DNA from: an uncultured Phycisphaerales bacterium
Lineage (GTDB): Bacteria > Planctomycetota > Phycisphaerae > Sedimentisphaerales > Anaerobacaceae
Assembly (NCBI GenBank): GCA_963718665.1
Contig: OY970359.1
Coordinates: forward strand, 640,001-704,000
DNA: 64,000 nt
Reading direction: 5' to 3'
Shown here: positions 20,151 through 28,748 of the stretch, in pieces
Position numbering within the stretch: the first letter of the stretch is position 1
How the letters are laid out: every line of letters starts with the position of its first letter
The notes under the pieces: model-generated
Database searches by the model: none
What the model saw: the letters and a program-made list of their open reading frames with translations, nothing else
What the model was told of the DNA's origin: nothing
Position numbers and translations under genes: made by a program

Positions 20151-22865
20151 ATGGCGAACAAAATGGTGTATTTCTTCGGCGGGGGCTCGGGCGAAGGAAA
20201 TGCGAAAATGAAGAACCTCCTCGGCGGCAAAGGAGCTAATCTTGCCGAAATGGCCAACCTCGGCGTGCCCGTCCCGCCGGGCTTCACAATCACTACAGAG
20301 GTCTGCACTCATTACTATCAGAACAAAAAATCCTATCCCAAGGGCCTCAAGGAAAAGGTCGATGAGGCGATGCGCAGAATCGAAAAAATTATGGGCAAAA
20401 AATTCGGCGACCCCGCCGACCCTCTTCTGATGTCCGTCCGTTCCGGCGCCCGCAAATCCATGCCGGGAATGATGGAAACTGTTTTGAACGTCGGACTAAC
20501 TACACAGACAATACCAGGATTGATTGCCAAGAGCGGCAATGAGCGGTTTGTGTATGACGCGTATCGGCGGCTGATAATGATGTACTCGGACGTCGTGATG
20601 GAAAAGGCGGCGGGCATTGAGCCAAAGGATGACGAGGGGATTCGCAAACAGCTCGAAAAGATAATGGACCACCTCAAAGAACAAAAGGGCTACAAGACCG
20701 ATACGGATATGGACGCCATAGACCTCAAGAACCTCTGCGAACTGTTCAAGAGCAGGGTCAGAGAAGTATTGGGCAAGGATTTCCCTGATGACCCCAACGC
20801 TCAGCTCTGGGGCGGCATCACAGCGGTGTTCGCTTCGTGGAACGGCAGACGGGCCATCAGCTATCGCAAAATCGAAGGCATCCCCGATGAATGGGGCACA
20901 GCAGTAAACGTGCAAACAATGGTGTTTGGCAATATGGGCGAGAAATCAGCCACCGGCGTCGCGTTCACACGCAACCCCGGCAACGGCGAAAACTATTTCT
21001 ACGGCGAATACTTAGTCAATGCCCAGGGCGAAGACGTCGTCGCGGGCACCAGAACGCCGGCCCCGGTCAATGAGGATTCAAAGAGCGACCACAACAAGGA
21101 GCTGGTATCGCTCGAAAAGGGAATGCCAAAGATTTACAAGGAACTATACGCCACTCAGAAGAAACTCGAAAAGCATTACCGCGATATGCTGGATATCGAA
21201 TTCACAATCGAAAGCGAGCGGTTCTGGATGCTTCAGTGCCGAGTGGGCAAACGCAATGGCCCGGCGGCGGTGCGTATGGCTGTCGATATGGTAAAAGAAA
21301 AGCTCATCAAGAAGGAAGAGGCGGTAACTCGCGTTACGCCGGACCAGTTGGATGAGCTTCTGCACCCGATTATTGACCCCAAGGCGGAAAAGGCAAGCAA
21401 GATAATAGGAAAAGGATTGCCGGCGGGGCCGGGCGGCGCAGTCGGACAGATTGTGTTCTCCGCTCAAACAGCCGTTGACTGGAAAAAGTCGGGCAAGGAC
21501 GTCCTTTTAGTCCGTGAAGAAACAAACCCCGAAGACGTCGAAGGTATGAGAGCCGCACAGGGCATCCTGACTGCACGCGGCGGTATGACCTCACACGCGG
21601 CGCTGGTCGCTCGCGGCTGGGGCAAATGCTGCGTCGTCGGATGCAGCGCAATCGAAGTCGATTACGGCAAAAAAGAATTGCACATCGCAGGCAAAATCCT
21701 TAAGGAAGGCGACTGGCTCACGCTCAACGGCACAAAGGGCGCGGTTTACGAAGGCAAACTGCCGATGCTCGACGACACCGCGGAAAACGTCCTGCTCAAC
21801 AGCTTCCTCAAGATTTGCGACAGTATCAGGAAACTCGGCGTGCGCACCAACGCGGATACGCCCGAAGATGCTCAGAAGGCAAAACAGCTCGGCGCAGAAG
21901 GTATCGGCCTATTCAGGACCGAGCATATGTTCTACGGCAAAGGTTCCGATGAGCCGTTGTTTATCCTGCGTAAGATGATTGTCTCGAAGAACAAAGCGGA
22001 AAGACAAAAGGCGCTGGATGAGCTGTTCCCGTATGTTAAGAAAGCGATTAAGGGGACACTCGCGGCGATGGATAATCTGCCCGTTGTGATTCGTCTGCTC
22101 GACCCGCCTCTTCACGAGTTTGTGCCTGAGGACCAGGAAAAGCGAGAGCAATTGGCTAAAGAGCTGAATATATCGCTTGAGGACCTCGCAAAGAGAGCCG
22201 AGGCGATTCACGAAACCAACCCGATGATGGGACATCGCGGCGTGCGATTAGGCATCACGTATCCGGAAGTCAGCGAAATGCAGATTCGGGCGATTTTCGA
22301 GTCGGCAGCGGAACTGATTAAGGAAGGCAAAAAGCCCTATCCGGAGATTATGATTCCCGTTGTCTGCGACGTGAAGGAATTGAAGAACCAGCTCGATATG
22401 GCAAGAGCAATTTACAAACAGGTCGTCGCCAGGATGGGCGTAAAGAAGATTCGCCACAAATTAGGCACGATGATTGAAATACCGAGAGCGGCCTTAGTCG
22501 CCAACCAAATCGCCACAGAAGCGGAATTCTTCTCATTCGGCACCAACGACCTTACGCAGATGACGTTTGGTTTCTCACGCGACGACATCGGCGGATTCGT
22601 GCCTGATTATCTCAAGCAGGGAATACTGCCGGGAGACCCCTTCCAGAGTATCGACCAAATCGGCGTCGGCGAACTGATTAAGATTGCTATCGAGCGAGGC
22701 AGAAAGACACGCAAAGACCTCGAAATCGGCATCTGCGGCGAACACGGCGGAGACCCCGCAAGCGTCGAGTTCTGCCACAAGGTCAAGATGAATTACGTGT
22801 CCTGCTCGCCGTTCAGGGTACCAATCGCAAGATTGGCGGCGGCACAGGCGGTGGTAAACGAGTAA
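20151..22865 (+). CDS. ppdK: Pyruvate phosphate dikinase
   Basis: LLGGKGANLAEM, SVRSG, GGMTSHAA, FSFGTNDLTQ, GICGEHGG. Confidence 0.98.
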   Translation: MANKMVYFFGGGSGEGNAKMKNLLGGKGANLAEMANLGVPVPPGFTITTEVCTHYYQNKKSYPKGLKEKVDEAMRRIEKIMGKKFGDPADPLLMSVRSGARKSMPGMMETVLNVGLTTQTIPGLIAKSGNERFVYDAYRRLIMMYSDVVMEKAAGIEPKDDEGIRKQLEKIMDHLKEQKGYKTDTDMDAIDLKNLCELFKSRVREVLGKDFPDDPNAQLWGGITAVFASWNGRRAISYRKIEGIPDEWGTAVNVQTMVFGNMGEKSATGVAFTRNPGNGENYFYGEYLVNAQGEDVVAGTRTPAPVNEDSKSDHNKELVSLEKGMPKIYKELYATQKKLEKHYRDMLDIEFTIESERFWMLQCRVGKRNGPAAVRMAVDMVKEKLIKKEEAVTRVTPDQLDELLHPIIDPKAEKASKIIGKGLPAGPGGAVGQIVFSAQTAVDWKKSGKDVLLVREETNPEDVEGMRAAQGILTARGGMTSHAALVARGWGKCCVVGCSAIEVDYGKKELHIAGKILKEGDWLTLNGTKGAVYEGKLPMLDDTAENVLLNSFLKICDSIRKLGVRTNADTPEDAQKAKQLGAEGIGLFRTEHMFYGKGSDEPLFILRKMIVSKNKAERQKALDELFPYVKKAIKGTLAAMDNLPVVIRLLDPPLHEFVPEDQEKREQLAKELNISLEDLAKRAEAIHETNPMMGHRGVRLGITYPEVSEMQIRAIFESAAELIKEGKKPYPEIMIPVVCDVKELKNQLDMARAIYKQVVARMGVKKIRHKLGTMIEIPRAALVANQIATEAEFFSFGTNDLTQMTFGFSRDDIGGFVPDYLKQGILPGDPFQSIDQIGVGELIKIAIERGRKTRKDLEIGICGEHGGDPASVEFCHKVKMNYVSCSPFRVPIARLAAAQAVVNE

Positions 22866-22904
22866 GTCGTTAGTAGATAGTCGATAGTTGTTAGTCGTTA
22901 ATAT

Positions 22905-22938
22905 AAAAGCCCCGTCGAAAGATGGGGCTTTTTCTTTT
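22905..22938 (+). terminator. Intrinsic terminator after ppdK
   Basis: AAAAGCCCCGTC-GAAA-GATGGGGCTTTT plus T-run. Confidence 0.9.
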
Positions 22939-23156
22939 CCGCCTATTATTTATTACAAAAACCAAAGTTGTCCTTGAAACGATTGGCAGGAAGCGTAAAA
23001 TTGGTTAGTACGCTTATAATGTCAGTATGGCATCTTAACGCGAGATTTTCGGGCCTGTTTATCAAAATCGGTCAGGCAATCAAAGAATTGCTGAAACACA
23101 ATAATCATAGAGGATGAAAAAAAGTTACAGGGTTATATATTTTTAAGGAGATGATT

Positions 23157-23423
23157 ATGAAACTCAATGTGAAGGCATTTGCGCTTGTCTGCGGGCTGAT
23201 GTGGGGATTCGGGGTATTTTGCCTCGCGTGGTGGGTAATGCTGTTCGAGGGCGCAACGAAAGAAGTAACCTTGCTCGGCCATCTGTATCGCGGGTTTAAC
23301 ATCAGTCCTTTAGGCAGCGTAATAGGGCTTGTCTGGGCGTTTTTTGACGGGCTTATCGGCGGAGCAATCTTCGCCTGGCTCTATAATAAACTGGCAACCG
23401 CCTGTCCCGGCAAGCAAACGTAA
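23157..23423 (+). CDS. Small 2-TM membrane protein (holin-like family)
   Basis: MKLNVKAFAL...GSVIGLVWAFFDG...FAWLYN; AAGGAG RBS. Confidence 0.7.
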   Translation: MKLNVKAFALVCGLMWGFGVFCLAWWVMLFEGATKEVTLLGHLYRGFNISPLGSVIGLVWAFFDGLIGGAIFAWLYNKLATACPGKQT

Positions 23424-23546
23424 GGGATTCTTGATTTGAGATTTCGGATTGCGGATTGCGCCTTCGCCGGAAAAACTTTTACATTGGGCGTTGTATATTC
23501 AATATTGGACATTGTTCCGTCCTCTGTCTTCCGTCATCTGTCTTCT

Positions 23547-23570
23547 GCCTGCCCTGAGCTTGTCGAAGGG
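23547..23570 (-). repeat. 24-bp REP-like palindromic element CCCTTCGACAAGCTCAGGGCAGGC
   Basis: Near-identical copy at 26036-26059 (+); variant at 40671-40694. Confidence 0.8.
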
Positions 23571-23754
23571 CTGCCCGCTGTACGCTGTACGCTACACGCT
23601 GAACGCTGCTTCGCTCTTGACTCTTCGTAGCGCAGCGGAGATTCCCGAGTGCTGCTACCTGGCCATAGAACAGGGAATCCAAGTTGACAATATCCGGCCA
23701 ACATACTAAATTGATGACAAATAATGGTGGGTATTATTGTGATAGGTAGACGAT

Positions 23755-24624
23755 ATGAAGAAAAAACTGATTGACTACTCTCAATATATAGTGAGACATG
23801 CAGCGCCTTTAGTAGAAGAAATGAATGGTCGAGGGGGGAGGTATGCCGATTGTGTCGAAGATAATAGAAAGGCCGAGGAATACAATAAAAAACATTATTA
23901 TGGGAAACGAGGCTTCTGTCCATTTTGCAGACATAATATACCAAAAATTAATGACGGATTACATAAAGGAATAAGCTATTATGATGTCTGGTCATGTCCA
24001 ATTTGTGGCTGGTGGGAAATTGAAAAACAAGAGTTTGGGATTCCAGCTGCAGGCCATCCAACCACGCAAGAATATAATTTTCAAGCAATAGTCAGAGCTT
24101 TTGATGTATCCGATAGGGAGCTACCCGAAGATATTCTTTTAACACATTTAAGAAAAGAGGCATCCATATTATATGACATACACCCTCGTAAGATGGAGGA
24201 AATAGTAAAATATGTATTTAGCAGTTATTATTCATGTGATGTAATACACTGTGGTAAATCACATGATGGTGGAGTTGACCTTATTATGATTGATTCTGAC
24301 GAGCCAACATTGATTCAGGTAAAGCGAAGACAAAATCCGGATTACATTGAATCAGTTTCTGCGATACGCGAATTCTTAGGTGCATTATTAATAAACAGAT
24401 CAAGGAAAGGTATTTTTGTTTCAACAACCGACCATTACTCCAAAGAGACTATTAAAACCATAAATATGATCCTAAAGGAAGATGTTGTCACGAGATTTGA
24501 GTTGATAGATTTCAAGAAATTTACGGCAATATTGAACATTATAAGAACTGAAAAAGATGAACCTATGGGTAAAACTAATAGAGTAGCTCTGCCTAACAAC
24601 CGGTTCAAGAAGGAATGGCATTAA
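23755..24624 (+). CDS. Mrr-family (type IV-like) restriction endonuclease with N-terminal Zn finger
   Basis: CPFC...CPICGW; DGGVDL...IQVKR Mrr catalytic pattern; visibly AT-rich. Confidence 0.8.
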   Translation: MKKKLIDYSQYIVRHAAPLVEEMNGRGGRYADCVEDNRKAEEYNKKHYYGKRGFCPFCRHNIPKINDGLHKGISYYDVWSCPICGWWEIEKQEFGIPAAGHPTTQEYNFQAIVRAFDVSDRELPEDILLTHLRKEASILYDIHPRKMEEIVKYVFSSYYSCDVIHCGKSHDGGVDLIMIDSDEPTLIQVKRRQNPDYIESVSAIREFLGALLINRSRKGIFVSTTDHYSKETIKTINMILKEDVVTRFELIDFKKFTAILNIIRTEKDEPMGKTNRVALPNNRFKKEWH

Positions 24625-24741
24625 GCTGCCGCTCCATTCCAGGACATCAGCCAACCCATTATCATCCGTTGTTTGTCCGCCTAAGGCGGATAAATTTTTA
24701 ATCAGTTCGGTGGTACAGAACGTAATTTGCAAGGAGCATTG

Positions 24742-25698
24742 ATGAAAAAAAGTGGATGGCGTGCCGTCCCTACCCACGAAAAGACATTCACTGGGCTCCT
24801 GAATGATGAGTTTCTCTGCCTCGACGCGAATTACCCCAGGTGCTTACCTGATTTTGAGGACGCCAGAACGCTTCTGCTCGGTTCTGATTACAGCGGAGAA
24901 CATTCGGAAGCTCCATACACGGTGTACTCCTTTCTAATGACGTCTTTGGAGTCTTGGGCGGATTGGGAGCCGGTTCGACTCCGCGTGAGACAAACATATC
25001 TACGTGACTCACGGCGAATGTCGTACAAGCGTCTGAGTGATGGGCAGAGAAGACAAGCCCTGATTCCATTACTGGAGTCTGCAAATACCCTAAGGGGCTT
25101 GTCGTTTTCTGTCGCAATGAACAAGCAATGTGCCTCTATTTTTGCCGCCAACTCACCCCTAGACCTGAATAATCCTCAGTTTGCCGCTTATCAGAAATGG
25201 AAACCAGCAGTTCTCAACAAAGCGTTTTTTGTGTTGCACGTTTTTGGTGTTTTGCTGGCCGGTCTTGCTTCGACTGGGCAAAACGTGATGTGGTTCACTG
25301 ATGAGGACAGCATAGCCGCCAATGATGATCGAGTACGTGAACTGACGCAACTGTTTGCGTGGATAAGCAGCCAATATCTTACATTATCGCTCGGGCACTG
25401 CCGATGCGGCACAAGCAGGTGCGATGATGGTTCTGGTCAGGTCGAGGACTTCCTTGCCATCCCAGACTTAATCGCGGGAGCGATATCAGAGCAACTCTGT
25501 CTCAAGAGTATGGATCCGGCTGAGTTATCGAATGTTTTCTGGATGTCTCGAGGTGATTTCTCGGACAAGACACGGAAGATAACTTGGTGGTTCGCCGATT
25601 CAAAACAACCGCTTAAACGATTTGTGTGCATCGTTGACCCAACTGCTGATGGAAACGGCCATAAACTCAGTTGGTTCCACTTTCACGACCAAAAATGA
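24742..25698 (+). CDS. Hypothetical protein, DUF3800/RNase H-like acidic motifs
   Basis: LLLGSDYSG, WFTDED, DFLAIPDLIAG; AAGGAG RBS before ATG 24742. Confidence 0.6.
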   Translation: MKKSGWRAVPTHEKTFTGLLNDEFLCLDANYPRCLPDFEDARTLLLGSDYSGEHSEAPYTVYSFLMTSLESWADWEPVRLRVRQTYLRDSRRMSYKRLSDGQRRQALIPLLESANTLRGLSFSVAMNKQCASIFAANSPLDLNNPQFAAYQKWKPAVLNKAFFVLHVFGVLLAGLASTGQNVMWFTDEDSIAANDDRVRELTQLFAWISSQYLTLSLGHCRCGTSRCDDGSGQVEDFLAIPDLIAGAISEQLCLKSMDPAELSNVFWMSRGDFSDKTRKITWWFADSKQPLKRFVCIVDPTADGNGHKLSWFHFHDQK

Positions 25699-26035
25699 CA
25701 GCGGGGGAATAAACAGGGACATTCTGTTTTTGGGGAAAACCCCGCCGAGCGAGAAATAAAACACTAAAAGCACCCCCAGGTAGGCCTGGGGGCTAACCTT
25801 TATCTTTCGGAATATAATCTTCCCTGACGGGCGAAAAAATCTCGGTTGCGGTGCTAATTATTTAAGGAAATAGTGTTAGTTAGCGTAAAACAACTTCGTG
25901 CCCCTTCTTTTTCTTCGTGGTAACGCATTTAAAAACAAGGACTTACGGCAAAAGTCAAATATTTTCCCAAAAATGTTAGATTTTTATTGAATATCATCCG
26001 ATTGTTTAGTAGGATGTGGATTCATCGGCAGATGC

Positions 26036-26059
26036 CCATTCGACAAGCTCAGGGCAGGC
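26036..26059 (+). repeat. 24-bp REP-like element (copy 2)
   Basis: CCATTCGACAAGCTCAGGGCAGGC, one mismatch to the 23547 copy. Confidence 0.8.
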
Positions 26060-26248
26060 CGGTAGTAGTAGCGCAGAAGCGCACGCATTTCGGGGCAGCA
26101 GTTCCAAGCGGGCAAAAGGACGACAGAATTGAACGTCCAACGCCCAACATCGAACAACGAACATTGAACAATTAAAAACTGGGTCCCCTGCCGCGGAACC
26201 AATGGGGCGGGTTCTCGGGGATCTGCGCTTCGCTCCGAGGAGAGAGGT

Positions 26249-26896
26249 ATGAAGATTCAATTTGCGATTAATGTGCCGAGGCGGTTAGAGGTTGCGCTTG
26301 TATGGGTGGTTTTGAACTATCGCCGATTGCGCTACGGCGAGGCGTTCAGAATCATACCGCTTACAAAAGGATTGCGAGCAATCGTATCGCCTGAAGATTA
26401 CGACCGGCTTGCCGCGTGCAACTGGTGCGCGTCCAAATGCCGACATACAATTTATGCCCAGCGAACAGCCAGAACAACATCTGGCCCAAAAAGGCAGCAT
26501 AACGTGCGAATGCATCGCGAAGTGTTAGGCATCACCGATGACAGGTTCGTTGACCATCAGAATCACAACGGCCTCGACAACCGCCGCTCAAACCTGCGAA
26601 TTACCACACCCGCCCAGAATGGCTGGAATAGAAATAAAACCGCCTCCTCGTGTTCCTCTCGTTTCAAAGGTGTGTGTTGGTCAAGAAAGATGGTCAAATG
26701 GCATGCCCAAATCAAAGAAAACGGCAGACAGACAACTATCGGCTATTTTGACGATGAGGAATCGGCTGCGAGGGCCTATGACGCCAAGGCAAAGGAGCTT
26801 TATGGCCAATATGCTGCGTTGAATTTTCCGGGGCCGGAAAAAGACCCATTGGCCAAATGGAGCAATGCGATTTGCTACGGGAAATTCACAGGATAG
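26249..26896 (+). CDS. HNH endonuclease with C-terminal AP2 domain
   Basis: MHREV...VDHQNHNGLDNRRSNLR (HNH_3); SRFKGV...W.AQI...IGYF...AARAYD...LNF (AP2). Confidence 0.9.
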   Translation: MKIQFAINVPRRLEVALVWVVLNYRRLRYGEAFRIIPLTKGLRAIVSPEDYDRLAACNWCASKCRHTIYAQRTARTTSGPKRQHNVRMHREVLGITDDRFVDHQNHNGLDNRRSNLRITTPAQNGWNRNKTASSCSSRFKGVCWSRKMVKWHAQIKENGRQTTIGYFDDEESAARAYDAKAKELYGQYAALNFPGPEKDPLAKWSNAICYGKFTG

Positions 26897-27003
26897 GCAC
26901 AGGCAGTTTTGAGTTCTTAGTGTTTAGTTTTGAGTTAAGAAAAACGGGCCGGGATTGACAATTGCAAATAATCGGTTATGAGTGTAAAATAGTCAATCGT
27001 AGC

Positions 27004-27078
27004 GGTGAGAGTAGCTCAGTTGGATAGAGCATCGGATTGTGGTTCCGAGGGTCGCGGGTTCGAATCCCGTCTTTCACC
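27004..27078 (+). tRNA. tRNA-His (GTG)
   Basis: Cloverleaf: G-1, acceptor GTGAGAG/CTTTCAC, anticodon arm TCGGA-TTGTGGT-TCCGA, T-arm GGTTCGAATCC, discriminator C; CCA not encoded. Confidence 0.97.
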
Positions 27079-27188
27079 CTTTCCCGGTTATCAACAAGGG
27101 ATGAGAACACGCCTGACGCGAAGCGGCAGAGCAGGGTTCGACACGCCGAAGGCGGGCCTCGTTTCGAGAATCCCGTCTTTCACCCTTT
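27062..27188 (+). repeat. 21-bp direct repeat of the tRNA-His 3' end flanking an 85-bp structured insert
   Basis: GAATCCCGTCTTTCACCCTTT at 27062-27082 and 27168-27188. Confidence 0.9.
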
Positions 27189-27243
27189 TTTTGGGGTTAG
27201 ATATTGAACGCAGGATATGGCGGATTAACACCAATGACGAATG

Positions 27244-27372
27244 TTAAACGCCTTCCATCCACAATGCCCGAATCAGCGGTGAATTCATTAATATGACGGC
27301 TGCCAAAAAACCAATAGACAGCAACAGGGGGAACAGTAACACATCTTTGAATACTACATAAATCTTTGACAT
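27244..27372 (-). CDS. 42-aa single-TM microprotein
   Basis: AAGGAG RBS, then MSKIYVVFKDVLLFPLLLSIGFLAAVILMNSPLIRALWMEGV*; below the ORF-track cutoff. Confidence 0.65.
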   Translation of the reverse strand: MSKIYVVFKDVLLFPLLLSIGFLAAVILMNSPLIRALWMEGV

Positions 27373-27588
27373 GGCAAACACTCCTTTTTGTTACAATTGC
27401 CGAACTTATCCCTTATCTGCGTCTTTCCTGACACAGGTATTACTTGCGCGAGCCGGTTGGATTCCAGGCCCGATATTTCCGCGACCAAATAATACTGGGC
27501 CGAACAGGTTTGTTAACCTGACCGGCCCGGCGACTTTCACACTGTTATCTTAAAGCACAATCGCACAAACGATTATGCGAACAGCCAT

Positions 27589-28012
27589 GCTGGGTTCGCC
27601 TGTTTTTGCAAACAAGACCTAACCCAGCGAAGAAAAGGGAGAGAAACTAATTTACCCGCCTCCACTACTACTTTACCCGCCTCCACTACCGTATTACTAT
27701 CGCAAACCTGAGGTCTGCGTTTTTGGACTGCTGGATTTGTGTAGAGAGTCCAAATCCAGCGAAGAAGGGGAGAGAGAATGAGTTTATTACCTTGTCGCGG
27801 CCGATTGACCGCGTATGGTTACGAGCTGGATTTGAGAAGAGAGAGAGTATCAAATCCAGCGAAGAAGGGAGAGAGAATATGTGTAGAATTTGTTATCTTA
27901 ATCACCCCGCTCTAAACAGAGCAGGATGTCGATATTCGTGCCGGGTTCGTTTACCTCGCTTTAGATTATATAATCTGTCTGGGGTAACAAACCCAGCTTG
28001 GGGGGAGAAAAC
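27589..28012 (-). ncRNA. Candidate array of four sibling sRNA units (CU-rich tract + GCTGG...CCAGC hairpin)
   Basis: Units at 27589-27646, 27730-27779, 27825-27878 and 27979-28012; CAAATCCAGCGAAGAAGGG is identical at 27751 and 27851. Confidence 0.55.
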
Positions 28013-28133
28013 TCCTCGTGAGCTATCTAATCACGGCGAGGGCCGTGCGTGCTCTCAGAAAGATGATGGCTTTTCAAAACCCCGACAGGTCTCGGCGAAA
28101 TCGCCAAGCCGCAGCCGGATAAGCCATCGTAAA

Positions 28134-28562
28134 TCAGCCTTCTCTCATTAGCTCCTCAACATTACCAGCAGAAAATAATATTGCCTTGATAGCAACGCCA
28201 TCCTGGATACCGAGCAGATTGGCAACCGTGTCTCTTAAGACATTGTCGGTTGCGTCCTCAGCAAGGACCGCAGAGACGCCCAAAGACCTGGCAGCGATTT
28301 CCTGAGCTTTGCTGCCTGGCTTTACGATGGCAATCGTAGGGATATAGGGTTTAGCCGCTTTGAAAGATTTGAGAAATCTTCCATCGGGCATATCATCCAA
28401 ATCCCATCTGCTGATTACGCTGTTCACCTTTTCATTTTTCAAAGAACGAGCAGCCTCACGACCTGACTGCATTTTTATCAACCTTATCGGCAGTTCCCTT
28501 AACACTTCACTTCTGCCGCCTAAGCCCACTGTTAAAACTGTCGCCTGAACAAGAACTACCAT
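28134..28562 (-). CDS. Atypical stand-alone receiver (CheY-like) protein
   Basis: Receiver pattern (SGREA, VISRWDLDDMPDG, PTIAIV, ARSLGV) with acidic pocket, phospho-Asp and Lys replaced. Confidence 0.7.
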   Translation of the reverse strand: MVVLVQATVLTVGLGGRSEVLRELPIRLIKMQSGREAARSLKNEKVNSVISRWDLDDMPDGRFLKSFKAAKPYIPTIAIVKPGSKAQEIAARSLGVSAVLAEDATDNVLRDTVANLLGIQDGVAIKAILFSAGNVEELMREG

Positions 28563-28633
28563 CTACGTTCCTAAGTACTCTGCGGCTTATTCGCCTACGG
28601 GTGTTTTTATTTTTTTTCTTCGCTAATATATAA

Positions 28634-28650
28634 AGCGAATGGCGTGCCAG
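28634..28650 (-). promoter_or_regulatory. Sigma54 (-24/-12) promoter
   Basis: Minus strand CTGGCACGCCATTCGCT: TGGCACG and GG-N10-GC, about 70 nt upstream of the receiver-gene ATG. Confidence 0.8.
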
Positions 28651-28748
28651 ACCGTGCCGCGAAAAAAAGTATTTTTTAAGTCGTTTACAGCAAAGGAGTT
28701 ACATTGGTCGATTTTTACAGAGGCCTTGATAAGGCATAAAACAATTGC

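Noticed and set aside
27589..28012. CRISPR array interpretation of the repeats
   Set aside because: Units are degenerate with irregular spacing and variable internal loops; no cas genes in the window
27723..28151. 142-aa plus-strand ORF across the repeat array
   Set aside because: No recognisable motifs, convergent overlap with the receiver gene, and the sequence is better explained by RNA hairpins
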